From NCBI GenBank assembly GCA_050246315.1, contig JBFWWG010000003.1:320001-384000 (forward strand): a stretch of 64,000 bases of DNA. Direction: 5' to 3'. Under the pieces are notes generated by a model. The model worked only from the letters and a program-made list of their open reading frames with translations, was not told the DNA's origin and ran no database searches. The position numbers and the translations under genes are program-made. This document shows positions 27,456 to 41,098 of the stretch, one piece after another. This DNA is from Nitrospiraceae bacterium (lineage in GTDB: Bacteria; Nitrospirota; Nitrospiria; Nitrospirales; Nitrospiraceae). The first letter of the stretch is position 1. Each line of letters opens with the position of its first letter.

Positions 27456-29552
27456 ATGAGCGCAGGACCAGGTGCTGTCATCAGAAACGTCGCGCTCGTT
27501 TCCTACTCCGGAGCCGGGAAGACCTCCCTGGCTGAAGCCCTTGCCTTCGGCGCCGGTGTCATCCCCGCGCCGGGATCGGTATCCCTCGGTACGACCCTGT
27601 CCGACTTCGAACCCGAAGAGCAGCATCGCCAGCACTCCTTTAGCACCGCACTCCTTCAGCTGTCTTATCAGCACCACATTCTGTCCATTCTTGATACACC
27701 GGGCGAGCGCAATTTCCAGGGCGAAGCGCTGGCGGCGCTGCGGGCGGCCGATTCAGTTATCGTCGTGATCAACGCGGTCATGGGTATCCGGCCGCAGCTC
27801 ATACGGCTCTGGGAGCAGGTCCGCTCGCTGAGGCTGCCGGCCCTCGTATTTCTGACCGATCTGGAGCATGCCCAGGTGCCGTTCGACTCGCTAGTTCGCG
27901 CCTGTGCTGAGGCGCTTGAGGTCATGGCGCTGCCGTTGGTCCTGCCCGTGGGCCAGGGGGAGCAGCTCGAAGCGGTCGCCGACGTGCTGGCCGGATCGTT
28001 ACTGAAATCTGGTCCAGAATCGAATCGGGTGCAGATGCTCCCGCTGCCGGAGGCCTGCTCCGCCCCCGTAGCCGAGGCCAAACGACAACTGATCGAAGCG
28101 GCCGCTGTGACGGACGACGCCCTCCTCGAAGCCTACCTGGCCGGCGGCGAGCTGGCGATGGACCAGATTCATCGCGGGCTGGCCGCCGCGGTGCATAGTG
28201 GACGGATGCTGCCGGTCTTGTGCGGGTCCGCGGTTCGGCATCTCGGCATCCAAAGCCTCTTGGACGCGATCGTGCGGTATCTACCCGCACCGACCCAGGG
28301 TCAAACGGACCCGTTCGCCCAGGCGGTCCATCCCAACGACTCCACTCCGGTGTTGAGACAGGGGCTGCTTGACGAGAAGTTTTCCGCGCTCGTCTTTAAG
28401 ACGATCATCGATCCCTTTATGGGGCGCATGACATACATCCGCGTGTGCTCCGGCTCCCTCCAAGCCGATACCCCGGTCTTCAACACCAGCCGACAGGTCC
28501 GGGAGCGCGGTGGACATCTCTTCACCGTCGTGGGGAAGAAGTACCAAGCCGTCCCAGTCCTGAGCGCAGGCCAGATCGGCGCCATCGGCAAACTCAAGGA
28601 TACGCAGACCGGGGATACACTCTGCGATGAAGCGGACCCGGTAGTGTTTCCGGCTCTTCCGTTACCGCGCCCGGTGCTATCGTACGCCTTGGAGCCGAAG
28701 TCGAAGGCCGACATTGAAAAGGTCAGTCTCGGCTTGCACAAGCTGGTCGAGGAGGACCCCACGCTCGCGCTTCTGCGCAACGATGAGACCAAGGAACTGG
28801 TGCTGAGCGGTCTGGGCCAGGTTCATATCGACGTGGCGGTGGAACGGCTGCGCCGCAAGTACGGCGTGGAAGTGGAGCTCCACACCCCACGCGTGCCCTA
28901 TAAAGAGACCATCCGATCCGCGTCCTCTGCACAGGGCAAGTATAAGAAACAGACCGGCGGCCACGGCCAGTACGGCGATTGCTGGCTGCAGCTTACCCCG
29001 CTGGAACGCGGTACCGGCTTCAAGTTCGAGAACAAGATCGTCGGCGGCGCCATCCCTCGCAATTTCATCCCGGCGGTGGAGAAAGGCATCGTGGAAGCCA
29101 TGCATGAGGGGGTGCTCGCCGGCTTTCCCGTGGTCGATCTTCAGGTCACTGTCTACGACGGCTCGTATCATGTCGTCGATTCGTCGGAACTCGCTTTCAA
29201 GATCGCGGCCTCGATGGGCTTCAAGAAAGCCATGGAGGCCGCACATCCTATCTTGTTGGAGCCCTTGATGCATGTCGAAGTGAGTTGTCCTGACGAGTTC
29301 GTGGGCGCGGTGATCGGCGACTTGAATGGACGGCGCGGCCGTATCGTCACCGTGACGGCCAAGGGCCACACGGAATCCATCGAGGCGATTGCGCCGCTGG
29401 CCGAGATGCTTCGCTATGCCTCAAGCCTCAACGGCCTGACCGGCGGGCGCGCAGACTATGCGATGGAGTTATCCGGATACGAAGAAGTACCACGCGACCA
29501 GGCCACAAAAGTGATCGAGGAAGCCAAGGCCTCGCGGCATGCCGTCGCCTGA
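27456..29552 (+). CDS. Elongation factor G paralog (EF-G2-like)
   Basis: RBS AAAGGAGG; GAGKTS, DTPG, EEDPT, GKYKKQTGGHGQYGD, DGSYHVVDSSE, LLEP; divergent G motifs. Confidence 0.9.
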   Translation: MSAGPGAVIRNVALVSYSGAGKTSLAEALAFGAGVIPAPGSVSLGTTLSDFEPEEQHRQHSFSTALLQLSYQHHILSILDTPGERNFQGEALAALRAADSVIVVINAVMGIRPQLIRLWEQVRSLRLPALVFLTDLEHAQVPFDSLVRACAEALEVMALPLVLPVGQGEQLEAVADVLAGSLLKSGPESNRVQMLPLPEACSAPVAEAKRQLIEAAAVTDDALLEAYLAGGELAMDQIHRGLAAAVHSGRMLPVLCGSAVRHLGIQSLLDAIVRYLPAPTQGQTDPFAQAVHPNDSTPVLRQGLLDEKFSALVFKTIIDPFMGRMTYIRVCSGSLQADTPVFNTSRQVRERGGHLFTVVGKKYQAVPVLSAGQIGAIGKLKDTQTGDTLCDEADPVVFPALPLPRPVLSYALEPKSKADIEKVSLGLHKLVEEDPTLALLRNDETKELVLSGLGQVHIDVAVERLRRKYGVEVELHTPRVPYKETIRSASSAQGKYKKQTGGHGQYGDCWLQLTPLERGTGFKFENKIVGGAIPRNFIPAVEKGIVEAMHEGVLAGFPVVDLQVTVYDGSYHVVDSSELAFKIAASMGFKKAMEAAHPILLEPLMHVEVSCPDEFVGAVIGDLNGRRGRIVTVTAKGHTESIEAIAPLAEMLRYASSLNGLTGGRADYAMELSGYEEVPRDQATKVIEEAKASRHAVA

Positions 29553-29612
29553 CGCAACTGAATAATGATGAGGTTACATCGCGGGGAGGGGAGCAGGCCC
29601 GACTCAGTCCGG

Positions 29613-31055
29613 CTAGCCGGTCTTGAGCACGACGTAAAAGGCGCGGCTCTCTCTAATCACGCGCAACAAGAGAGATTCGCCGCGACGGGTACGTGCCACG
29701 GCGGCTGTGAACTCGCCCACCGAATGCACTTCGGTCCGATTGACCTCCTTGATCAGATCGCCCTCTCGCAAGCCTTCCGCATGAGCCAGAGTGCCGCGAT
29801 CCACCTTGGAGACCAAGACACCGTGCGTTTCTTTCAGCTTGAACTTCTCCGCAAGCGCGGCCGTCAGATCCTGGACATCCAGGCCGAGTTTGCCGTCGGC
29901 ATGCACCTGTGGCACAGAGGCCGGAACGGCCCCGTCGCGCCGCTCGGACAGCGCCACTTCAATCTCCCGCCGATGCCCGTCCCGAATGATCTCGACCCTC
30001 GCGGTGCTGCCCGGGTCCAGCGTCGCCACCACGCGTGAAAGGCGGTTCGGTGAATCGATCGCGGCTCGATTGATCTTGGTGATGACGTCCCCTGGGTGGA
30101 TTCCCGAGGCTGCCGCCGGATCGCCGTCGAACACCTCATTCACGAGGACGCCGTCCGTTTCGGTGACGCCGAACTTCTTGGCCAATTCGGCGGTGAGGGG
30201 CTGAATACCCACGCCCAGCCAAGCCCGCACTACGCGTCCCCGGGTCAGAAGTTGCTGAACGACCTGTTTGGCCATATTCGACGGAATCGCAAACCCGATC
30301 CCTTGGGCAAAATTGATGATCGCCGTGTTGATCCCGATGACTTCGCCGCGCAAATTGAACAGCGGCCCCCCTGAATTACCGGGATTGATCGAGGCGTCGG
30401 TCTGAATAAAATTCTCATATCGGGAGAGGTTGATGTTCTCCCGACCCACGCCGCTGACCACGCCGAGCGTCACCGTTCGTTCGAGCCCGAAGGGATTGCC
30501 CACTGCCAGCACCCATTGGCCCACACGCACTGTTGAGGAGTCGCCAAAATTGGCGTAGGGCAGATCTCGGGGAGTCGCCAATTTCAACACCGCGAGGTCG
30601 GTGTCCTGATCTCGCCCGACCACCTGAGCAATGGCCTTGGTCCGATCGGAGAACCGGACCTCGACTTCGGTCGCGTCGCCGACCACGTGGTTGTTGGTGA
30701 CGATATGGCCCTGGCGGTCGATGACGACGCCCGCACCCGATCCCGTGGCACCCGGCTGGCGTTCGCGTCCTTGGTCCAGCGTCCCGGAGGAAGCTTGAAC
30801 CGGGAAAATGTTCACGACCGACGGTCCAGCCCGTTCGGCCAAGTCCGTGATCACGTCTTGGATCTGCTCCAGCAGCTTGAGCCCTGACGACACATCATGC
30901 GTTGGCCCAACCGGAGCCGCTCTCTGAGCCGCCGCCATGGGCAAGGAAGGTAGGATACCCAGGGATAGCAGACCCACGGCAACCGCAAGGATGCCTCGGC
31001 ATCGTGGCTTGTCGGCCAGCGGCTTGTTGCAAGGCCTTGTGTCCATGCGTCCCAT
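29613..31055 (-). CDS. degP: DegP/DegQ (Do) serine protease with two PDZ domains
   Basis: TNNHVV, DLAVLK, QTDASINPGNSGGPL, WLGV, LGL PDZ motifs. Confidence 0.92.
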   Translation of the reverse strand: MGRMDTRPCNKPLADKPRCRGILAVAVGLLSLGILPSLPMAAAQRAAPVGPTHDVSSGLKLLEQIQDVITDLAERAGPSVVNIFPVQASSGTLDQGRERQPGATGSGAGVVIDRQGHIVTNNHVVGDATEVEVRFSDRTKAIAQVVGRDQDTDLAVLKLATPRDLPYANFGDSSTVRVGQWVLAVGNPFGLERTVTLGVVSGVGRENINLSRYENFIQTDASINPGNSGGPLFNLRGEVIGINTAIINFAQGIGFAIPSNMAKQVVQQLLTRGRVVRAWLGVGIQPLTAELAKKFGVTETDGVLVNEVFDGDPAAASGIHPGDVITKINRAAIDSPNRLSRVVATLDPGSTARVEIIRDGHRREIEVALSERRDGAVPASVPQVHADGKLGLDVQDLTAALAEKFKLKETHGVLVSKVDRGTLAHAEGLREGDLIKEVNRTEVHSVGEFTAAVARTRRGESLLLRVIRESRAFYVVLKTG

Positions 31056-31075
31056 GACCGTACCGTTGTCTTCCT

Positions 31076-31711
31076 TTATGCGAGACGTTCAGCGGCCCGG
31101 CTGGCCGTAAGTTGAGCTACACAGGGCATGAGGGCTTGTGCGGAGCCCGCAAGGGCTACGTGATCTCCGGCACGAAGCATCGATCGGTCCGTCGGATTCA
31201 GCAAGACGGCTCCACGAACGACCATCAGGACACGCACGTCGTACCGAGGACCCAGCGCGTCGAACGGAAGGCCGATACAGGACGATCCTCTGGCCACCGC
31301 CACATAGGTAAAGGTTTCTCCTCGGACCTGGAGATCACGATAGTAGCGTATCAGATCGTCATGAACAAATTCCGACCGCAGAACCCCCACTTGGACGTTG
31401 ATTCGCCCCAATTGTTCCTTATAGGCCTGAACCTGGGGAAGCGATTGGCGGACAACGTCCTCCGCTGCCAAGTGTGCACCTTGACTCTCGGAGGGGCTGC
31501 TGAGGTCACTGACCGCCCGACAGACGGCCTCTCCAAGTTGACGATGGACTCGCGTCAGCCCCGCCTGGATGTGCGACGCCTGCCAATGGAGGCGCATCAG
31601 TTGCACCTTGCGATTGACCCGCTCGGCTACGGCGAGCGTGCTTTCCTCGATGGTCGTCAGGGTAAATCGAACTTCCTGACGCAGCCGGGTGAGCAAATCG
31701 AGGTGGATCAT
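31076..31711 (-). CDS. Coiled-coil protein with a C-terminal TrkA-C (RCK_C) domain
   Basis: VARGSSCIG...VLMVVRG...P....LRAGDHVALAG. Confidence 0.65.
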   Translation of the reverse strand: MIHLDLLTRLRQEVRFTLTTIEESTLAVAERVNRKVQLMRLHWQASHIQAGLTRVHRQLGEAVCRAVSDLSSPSESQGAHLAAEDVVRQSLPQVQAYKEQLGRINVQVGVLRSEFVHDDLIRYYRDLQVRGETFTYVAVARGSSCIGLPFDALGPRYDVRVLMVVRGAVLLNPTDRSMLRAGDHVALAGSAQALMPCVAQLTASRAAERLA

Positions 31712-31794
31712 TGTCCGGTAAGGATCGTCTTATGACGTCGGATAAGATCTATTATGTAAACTAAAGGCCATCCATTCCATTCATAACTCAGATC

Positions 31795-32421
31795 CTACGC
31801 ACTCGAAACCGATTCTGCCTGACCGCGACTGCCCTCCTGTCGCTTCCCGATCTTTGGTTCCGTGCCGTTCCAGAGACGACGCATATTGTCCCGATGCCGC
31901 AGGAGAATCGCCCCGCTCACCAGGAAAGCGAACACAACGAGCGGGCGATCGCCTCGCAGCAGCGCCACCAATGGAAATAACGTGAAGGCGGCAATCGCGG
32001 CCCCCGAGGAATAGCGCCATCGCGCCGCGCTCCCAACCCAGACCGCAAGCAACATTCCTCCCAGGACCGGCTCCACGCCCAGGATGGCGCCCAGGGCTGT
32101 CGCAACACCTTTGCCGCCCCGAAACCGCATGAACACCGAGAACAAGTGGCCCACCACCGGAGCGAACGCAATGGCCAGCACTATCCATCTGTTGCCGAAG
32201 ACCTGGCCTGCGCCCCAGCCCGCCACCCAACCCTTCCCCATATCGCATAAGAGCGTAAGGAGCCCGGCGTCCTTGCCCGCCACTCGGAGGACATTCGTGA
32301 AGCCGATGTTCCGGCTTCCGACCGTCCGCGGATCGGGTCGGCCGAGTGCCCGACAGACCACCACGCCGAATGGAATCGCCCCCAGGAGGTAGCCACCGAG
32401 CAGCCACAGACCCACTAGCAT
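31795..32421 (-). CDS. plsY: Glycerol-3-phosphate acyltransferase
   Basis: YLLGAIPFG, GSRNIGFTNVLR, GHLFS..FRGGKGVAT, RHRDNMRRL. Confidence 0.95.
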   Translation of the reverse strand: MLVGLWLLGGYLLGAIPFGVVVCRALGRPDPRTVGSRNIGFTNVLRVAGKDAGLLTLLCDMGKGWVAGWGAGQVFGNRWIVLAIAFAPVVGHLFSVFMRFRGGKGVATALGAILGVEPVLGGMLLAVWVGSAARWRYSSGAAIAAFTLFPLVALLRGDRPLVVFAFLVSGAILLRHRDNMRRLWNGTEPKIGKRQEGSRGQAESVSSA

Positions 32422-32476
32422 CGCGAACTCTGCCCCCTGCGGATTTGTCTTGTGTGTCCGGCCAGCGCGCCCGCCG

Positions 32477-33079
32477 CTACCAGCCCCGAATCGTAGTCTG
32501 ACGCCAGAAATTGGCCAGGTAGTATCCGCCCGACACCAAGGCCATTGCCAACGAGATATACAGCAGGATGGTGCCTGCCTGATGCAGGTCGAGGAAGAAC
32601 AGAGAGATCCCGCTGCCTTCCAAAATGAGGAACACGATCGCGACAACCTGGAAGACCATTTTGTACTTGCCCAACGTTTCAGCAGGCAGAATAATCCCCT
32701 GTGCCGCCGCCACCGCCCGAACGCCGGTGACCGCCACTTCGCGGGCGAGGATCAAAATGGCGATCACCGCCGGAACGCGGTCGAACTGCACGAGCAGGAT
32801 CAACCCCGAGAGCACGAGTAGTTTATCGGCAATCGGATCCAGCAGTTTGCCCAATCGCGTCACCTGACCACGCCGGCGGGCTAGATAGCCATCAAGCAGA
32901 TCCGTGACCGAAGCCACAACAAAGACACCGGCCGCCGCGACGGCCCGCGCCGGGGTCGGGTCGGCGAACAAGATCACAAAAATAGGAATCAACAGAATGC
33001 GACCGAGCGTGAGCAGGTTGGGAAGATTCGTACACTCCACCACCCACCCGCGCAGCTCGATGGATTCCAAGCGTTTCAT
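32477..33079 (-). CDS. pgsA: CDP-diacylglycerol-glycerol-3-phosphate 3-phosphatidyltransferase
   Basis: NLPNLLT, TDLLDGYLAR..T.LGKLLDPIADK. Confidence 0.95.
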   Translation of the reverse strand: MKRLESIELRGWVVECTNLPNLLTLGRILLIPIFVILFADPTPARAVAAAGVFVVASVTDLLDGYLARRRGQVTRLGKLLDPIADKLLVLSGLILLVQFDRVPAVIAILILAREVAVTGVRAVAAAQGIILPAETLGKYKMVFQVVAIVFLILEGSGISLFFLDLHQAGTILLYISLAMALVSGGYYLANFWRQTTIRGW

Positions 33080-34039
33080 CTAAGCTAACCCGTGCCTCAA
33101 GAGATCGTGGAGGTGCACCACACCGACCAGACGCGCTTCCTCGTCCAGAACCACTAGCGAGGTAATCGAAAATCGTTCCATCAGCTCGAGCGCGCTCGTG
33201 GCAAGCGCATCGGGACCGATGGACTTGGGGCGGTTGCTTCCTAATTCGCCGGCCTTGATGTACCGGAGGTCAAGTCCCTGTTCAAAGGCCCGCCGCAGGT
33301 CTCCGTCCGTCACCACTCCGACTAGCCCCCCGCGCGCATTGACGACCGTCGTCATGCCGAGCTTCTTACCGGTCATTTCCATGATGGCATCCCGCGCCGA
33401 CGACTCGGCCTGCACCAGTGGAATGGTGTCACCTTGGTGCATAAGATCGCGCACCTTGAGCAATAGCCGTCGTCCCAACGCGCCGGCCGGATGGACCAAC
33501 GCAAAGTCCTCTTCCTTGAACCCGCGTTGTTCGAGCAGCGCGATTGCGAGTGCGTCTCCCATCGCGAGCGCCGCCGTCGTGCTGGCCGTGGGAGCCAGTC
33601 CCAACGGACAGGCCTCCTCGGCAACCGACACATCCAACACCGCATCGCTGTGCTTCGCCAAACTTGAATGGACCTTTCCCGTAATCGCCACGACCGGAAT
33701 GTTCAGCCGCTTCATGAACGGCAGCAGCTTGACGATCTCTTCCGTCTCCCCGCTGTTGGAGAGCGCCACCAACACGTCGCGGCGGCTGACCATGCCGAGA
33801 TCGCCGTGCAGTCCGGCCGCCGGGTCCAGATAAAACGCCGGAGTACCGGTACTGGCCAATGTGGCCGCGATCTTCTGCGCGATAATGCCGGACTTCCCCA
33901 TGCCCGATACCACCACTTTCCCGGTGCAGCCGTACAGCACTTCCACCGCATGTTCGAACTGCCGGTCCAGCCGTTCCACCAACCCGGTAATCGCCCGGGC
34001 CTCGATCGCCAACACCCGCTTACCGCTATCGATGCTCAC
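33080..34039 (-). CDS. kdsD: Arabinose-5-phosphate isomerase (SIS plus CBS)
   Basis: GMGKSG, HGDLG, SNSGET, APTAST, TDGDLRR. Confidence 0.95.
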   Translation of the reverse strand: MSIDSGKRVLAIEARAITGLVERLDRQFEHAVEVLYGCTGKVVVSGMGKSGIIAQKIAATLASTGTPAFYLDPAAGLHGDLGMVSRRDVLVALSNSGETEEIVKLLPFMKRLNIPVVAITGKVHSSLAKHSDAVLDVSVAEEACPLGLAPTASTTAALAMGDALAIALLEQRGFKEEDFALVHPAGALGRRLLLKVRDLMHQGDTIPLVQAESSARDAIMEMTGKKLGMTTVVNARGGLVGVVTDGDLRRAFEQGLDLRYIKAGELGSNRPKSIGPDALATSALELMERFSITSLVVLDEEARLVGVVHLHDLLRHGLA

Positions 34040-34872
34040 AAGACAAACTCCGGTCCCTTGCCCGACGCGTCGCAGAGACGCTTGACCCGCTCCAGCAACC
34101 GCTTGAGTTCCGACAGCGGCACCATGTTGGGCCCGTCTGAGAGCGCCTCATCCGGCCGCGGATGCACCTCCATAAAAAATCCGTCACACCCGGCTCCCGC
34201 CGCAGCCGAGGCCAAGGGAGCCACAAACTCTCGCTGTCCACTCGATGTGGTGCCGCCACCGCCCGGTAACTGGACGCTGTGTGTCGCATCGAAGATGACG
34301 GGGTACCCAAGGCCGCGCATCACGGGGAGCGCCCGCATGTCCACGACCAGGTTGTTATAGCCGAACGTCGATCCGCGCTCGGTCAGCAGGATGCGGCGGG
34401 TCCCGCTCTCTTCCAACTTCTTCACCACATTCGCCATGTCCCATGGGGAGAGAAACTGTCCTTTTTTCACATTCACCACCCGCCCGGTTTTGGCGGCCGC
34501 CACCAGCAGGTCGGTCTGGCGGCAGAGAAAGGCCGGAATCTGGAGTACGTCCACCACCTCACCCGCCGTCCGTGCCTCTTCGAGGGAATGCACATCGGTC
34601 AGGAGCGGAACACCCACCCGCTCCTTCACCTTGCGCAAGATCCCCAGTCCTTCCTGCGTGCCCAGCCCACGAAAGGATCCGATCGAACTCCGGTTAGCCT
34701 TGTCGTACGACGACTTGAAAATGTAGGGCATCCCCACGGCCTGCGCGATTTCGGCAATGCGGTACGCGGTTTCCAGCACCAGCGTTTCGCTCTCAATGAC
34801 GCAGGGACCGGCAATGAGCACATGGCGGTGCGCCCCGCCGATTTTGATGGCGCCGAGCTCGACAACGTGCAT
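34036..34872 (-). CDS. kdsA: KDO-8-phosphate synthase
   Basis: [34 protein letters not shown]. Confidence 0.97.
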   Translation of the reverse strand: MHVVELGAIKIGGAHRHVLIAGPCVIESETLVLETAYRIAEIAQAVGMPYIFKSSYDKANRSSIGSFRGLGTQEGLGILRKVKERVGVPLLTDVHSLEEARTAGEVVDVLQIPAFLCRQTDLLVAAAKTGRVVNVKKGQFLSPWDMANVVKKLEESGTRRILLTERGSTFGYNNLVVDMRALPVMRGLGYPVIFDATHSVQLPGGGGTTSSGQREFVAPLASAAAGAGCDGFFMEVHPRPDEALSDGPNMVPLSELKRLLERVKRLCDASGKGPEFVL

Positions 34873-34921
34873 GGATATTATCCTTCTCGCTCCGATCGAA
34901 TGTCAGGACAGCCCTCCTCGC

Positions 34922-37327
<2,406 letters not shown>

Positions 37328-37335
<8 letters not shown>

Positions 37336-38329
37336 GTTCCAGCGACGCACTCAGTTGCTTGCCCGTGACCGTTGCCGTCCCGACCATCCCGACGACGATG
37401 CCGGCGGCCTGATTGGCAAGCAGCGCGCTGTCCCGCAAATCGGCGCCAGTCGCGAGGGCCAGAGCCAAAGTCCCGACAACCGTATCGCCGGCGCCGGTGA
37501 CATCATAGACCTGCCGCGCCCTGGTGGGAATGTGCCATTGCACGCCATCCCCTTCGAACAGGCTCATGCCCTTCTCGCCCCGCGTGACCAAGACGGCCTG
37601 GCATCCCAGCCGTTGCCGGATCACCGTGCCAGCTTCCACGATCGCCTGATCGTCATCGCCGCGGACCCCCGCGGCCTGGGTCGCTTCGAGATGATTGGGC
37701 GTGACCAACGTCACGCCTTTATAGAAACCGAAATGCTCGACCTTCGGATCGACAAGGATCGGCACGCCTCGTTCCGTGGCCAACCGGGTCAACGCGGCCA
37801 TCAACGAGGCCGTCACCACGCCCTTGGCATAGTCCGAGACGACCAAACAGGACAGGTGCCGCAATCGCGATTCCACGTACCGGAGAACGCGTCGCTGATA
37901 GAGCGCCGTGAGTTCATGACGCCGCTCCACGTCAAAGCGGACAACCTGCTGGTTGTGGGCGACCACGCGCGTCTTCCGCGTCGTCGGACGATCGGGGTCG
38001 ATGATCACCCCGCCCCGCCCCTTCCGCTTCACACCCAATTCTCGCAACAGACAGCGGCCCGCGTCGTCCGACCCGACGACGCCGCAAATATCCGCCTGTC
38101 CGCCCAACGCATGGATGTTATTGAAGACGTTCGCCGCCCCTCCCAGCTTAAATTCCTCCGACTCGACGTGCACCACCGGCACAGGGGCCTCGGGAGAGAT
38201 GCGCGTGACGCGCCCCCACACATAATGATCGAGAATCAGATCACCCAGGACGAGCACCGACGCTTGCGGAAAACGTTCGATGAACTGCTGCAGTCTGCGG
38301 ACGCGTCCGTCCACGTCCTGCGCCGCCAA
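37328..38329 (-). CDS. rfaE1: D-glycero-beta-D-manno-heptose-7-phosphate kinase (PfkB family); start approximate (TTG)
   Basis: RISPEAPVPVV, GGAANV, SDYAKG, DVTGAGDT. Confidence 0.93.
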
Positions 38330-38370
38330 GGTCTCACCACCCGACCGACGCGCGACGCGTCCTACACGCG

Positions 38371-39156
38371 CTAGCGGATCGCCTTTCCGAGCCGTTCCCA
38401 TCGGACCCATTCGCTCCAACTCCCCTGCCCGCTCCAGGACCAATAGACACGAAACGCCTTCCCTCTGATCTTCTCCACGCGCACGAATCCCCAAAAGCGA
38501 CTGTCCAGGCTTTGATCTCTATTGTCCCCCATGACGAAATAGGAATCGTCCGGCACCGTCACTGGACCGAAGTTGTCACGCGGATTAATATGGCCGTCAA
38601 TAATTCCGGGGTCCACACGTTGTGTAAAGGCATGGTCGTCCACCGGTTGGCCGTTGACGAGGATCGTCTTGTTGCGGATATGAATGGTGTCCCCCGGGAG
38701 TCCGACGATGCGCTTGATGAAATCCTTTTCTTCATCCTCGGGGTATCGGAAGACGATCACATCGCCGCGTTGAGGCGCTCCGAACGACACCACCGTCGCC
38801 GACGAATAACAGCTGATCGGCGGCAGGTTCATCTGAACCTTGCAGTTCGTTGGCCATTGAATCCCGTAGGCGAGTTTGCTGACCAGAATATGGTCGCCGA
38901 TCAACAAGGTTGGAATCATGGAACCGGAGGGAATCTTAAAGGCCTGGACGACGAACACGCGAATGGCAAAAGCCAGGAGCATCGCCACGACAATGGCCTC
39001 GATATATTCCCGCAGGACCGACTTGCCGGGGGGCGCCGCCTCCCGCGTCACGGTCGCATCCGCTGCAGTCGGCGGGCCGCCCTGGTCGAGGGGGGTTCGC
39101 TGGGAGTCGCTGGTCGTCGGGCGGTTGGAATCCATGGGGAACGTCCGCGGCGTCAC
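38371..39156 (-). CDS. lepB: Signal peptidase I
   Basis: IPSGSMIPTL, FIKRIVGLPGD, MGDNRDQSLDSRFWG. Confidence 0.96.
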   Translation of the reverse strand: MTPRTFPMDSNRPTTSDSQRTPLDQGGPPTAADATVTREAAPPGKSVLREYIEAIVVAMLLAFAIRVFVVQAFKIPSGSMIPTLLIGDHILVSKLAYGIQWPTNCKVQMNLPPISCYSSATVVSFGAPQRGDVIVFRYPEDEEKDFIKRIVGLPGDTIHIRNKTILVNGQPVDDHAFTQRVDPGIIDGHINPRDNFGPVTVPDDSYFVMGDNRDQSLDSRFWGFVRVEKIRGKAFRVYWSWSGQGSWSEWVRWERLGKAIR

Positions 39157-39160
39157 GCGC

Positions 39161-40960
39161 CTATTCGTCCTGCACCCGCAGCAAAGCCAGAAACGCTTCT
39201 TGAGGAACTTCCACCCGGCCTACCTGCTTCATACGCTTCTTGCCCTCCTTCTGCTTCTCCCACAACTTGCGCTTGCGCGAGATGTCACCCCCGTAACATT
39301 TGGCCGTCACATTTTTCCGCATGGCCCCGACGGTTTCGCGGGCGATGATCTTGCTGCCGATCGCTGCTTGAATGGCAATTTCGAACATTTGCTTCGGGAT
39401 GGACTCTTTCAACCTTTCGGCCAGTTGCCGGCCCCGCATCTGGGCCCGCTCCCTGTGGGTGATGAACGACAGGGCATCGACGGCCTCCCCGTTGAGCAAC
39501 ATATCGAGCTTCACCAAATCTGACTCGCGATAGCCGAGGAATTCATAATCCAGCGACGCGTAGCCTTGAGTCTTGGACTTGAGCCGGTCGTAGAAATCCA
39601 AGATCACTTCGTTCAAGGGGAGTTCATACACCAACATCACCCGTGTGGGATCGAGATAGTGCATGCCTTTTTGAACGCCGCGTCGATCCTGGCACAACTG
39701 CAACAGGTTGCCGACGAACCGCTCCGGCGTGATGATCGTCGCTTGAATGAATGGCTCCTCCCAGCTTTCGAGCGCGGAAGGCGGCGGCAGCTTCGCGGGA
39801 TTGTCGATTTCGAGCACCTCGCCTTTGGTTGTCAAGACCCGGTAAACAACAGTCGGCGCCGTAGTGATCAGCGAGAGTTGGTACTCGCGCTCCAATCGCT
39901 CCTGAATAATCTCCATGTGAAGCAATCCCAGAAACCCGCAACGGAATCCGAATCCCAAGGCCAACGAGGTTTCCGGCTCGAACACGAACGAGGAGTCGTT
40001 CAAGCGCAGCTTCTTCAAAGCCTCGCGGAGATCCTCGAATCTCGCCGTGTCCGTGGGGTACAACCCGCAGAACACCAAGGGCTTGACCTCTTTGTAGCCC
40101 GGGAAAGGAGACTCGGTCGGCTGCAACGCATCGGTGATGGTGTCGCCGATCTTGGTCTCGCCCAGATCCCGCGTGCCGGTGGCGACATATCCGACTTCGC
40201 CGGCCTGCAGCGCTGCAAACTTCTCCCGTTTGGGCGTGAACTTTCCGACCTCGAGGATGTCGAAGGGGCGTTGGGTGGACATTGTCACCACCTTTTGTCC
40301 CGGCCGGATCGCCCCGTCCACCACTCGTACCAACACGATCACCCCCTGATAGTTGTCGAACCAGGAATCGAACACCAGGGCCTTGAGCGGCTTTGCCGGA
40401 TCGCCAGACGGCGCGGGAATCCGCTGGATGATCGCTTCCAACACCTCCTGCACCCCGATCCCCGTTTTGGCGCTGACCAGCAACGCATCGGAAGCATCCA
40501 GCGTGAGCACTTCCTCGATCTGGTGCTTGGTCCCCTCAACGTCGGCGCTCGGAAGGTCGATCTTGTTGATGACCGGCACAATCGTCAGACGGTTCGCCAT
40601 GGCCAAATTGGCATTGGCGATGGTCTGCGCTTCGACACCTTGGCTGGCATCGGCCAACAACAATGCGCCTTCGCAGGCGGCCAGGCTTCGCGACACCTCG
40701 TAGGTGAAATCCACGTGACCCGGCGTGTCAATGACATGCAACACGTAGCTCCGCCCATCCTTGGCCTGATATTTCAGCGCCACGGAGTGGGCCTTGATCG
40801 TAATCCCGCGCTCGCGTTCCAAGTCCATCGCGTCGAGAATCTGCTCGCGAGATTCTCGGGACGTAATGGCCCCGGTCAGCTCCAAGATGCGGTCGGCTAG
40901 CGTCGACTTGCCGTGATCGATGTGGGCGATAATAGAGAAGTTTCGGATGAAGCTTTGCAC
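39161..40960 (-). CDS. lepA: Elongation factor 4
   Basis: [34 protein letters not shown]. Confidence 0.98.
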   Translation of the reverse strand: MQSFIRNFSIIAHIDHGKSTLADRILELTGAITSRESREQILDAMDLERERGITIKAHSVALKYQAKDGRSYVLHVIDTPGHVDFTYEVSRSLAACEGALLLADASQGVEAQTIANANLAMANRLTIVPVINKIDLPSADVEGTKHQIEEVLTLDASDALLVSAKTGIGVQEVLEAIIQRIPAPSGDPAKPLKALVFDSWFDNYQGVIVLVRVVDGAIRPGQKVVTMSTQRPFDILEVGKFTPKREKFAALQAGEVGYVATGTRDLGETKIGDTITDALQPTESPFPGYKEVKPLVFCGLYPTDTARFEDLREALKKLRLNDSSFVFEPETSLALGFGFRCGFLGLLHMEIIQERLEREYQLSLITTAPTVVYRVLTTKGEVLEIDNPAKLPPPSALESWEEPFIQATIITPERFVGNLLQLCQDRRGVQKGMHYLDPTRVMLVYELPLNEVILDFYDRLKSKTQGYASLDYEFLGYRESDLVKLDMLLNGEAVDALSFITHRERAQMRGRQLAERLKESIPKQMFEIAIQAAIGSKIIARETVGAMRKNVTAKCYGGDISRKRKLWEKQKEGKKRMKQVGRVEVPQEAFLALLRVQDE

Positions 40961-40989
40961 ATCCCAGCTCGTCCTCGAAGAGACAGGTC

Positions 40990-41040
40990 ATTATAGTAAC
41001 TGCCCTCCGCATTGTCAAAGCGAAGCCCGATCACTATAAT
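40990..41040. promoter_or_regulatory. Divergent sigma-70 promoters with overlapping -35 hexamers (lepA / bioA)
   Basis: Minus: TTGACA(41018-41013)-17-TATAAT(40995-40990). Plus: TTGTCA(41012-41017)-17-TATAAT(41035-41040). Confidence 0.8.
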
Positions 41041-41098
41041 CCGGCGCGCGCGGCACCGATGCGCCGTTTCGCAGATCCTAGTCATCGCACCGCTCTCC

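Noticed and set aside
41005..41045. BirA operator upstream of bioA
   Set aside because: TTGTCAA has no matching inverted half-site at the expected spacing
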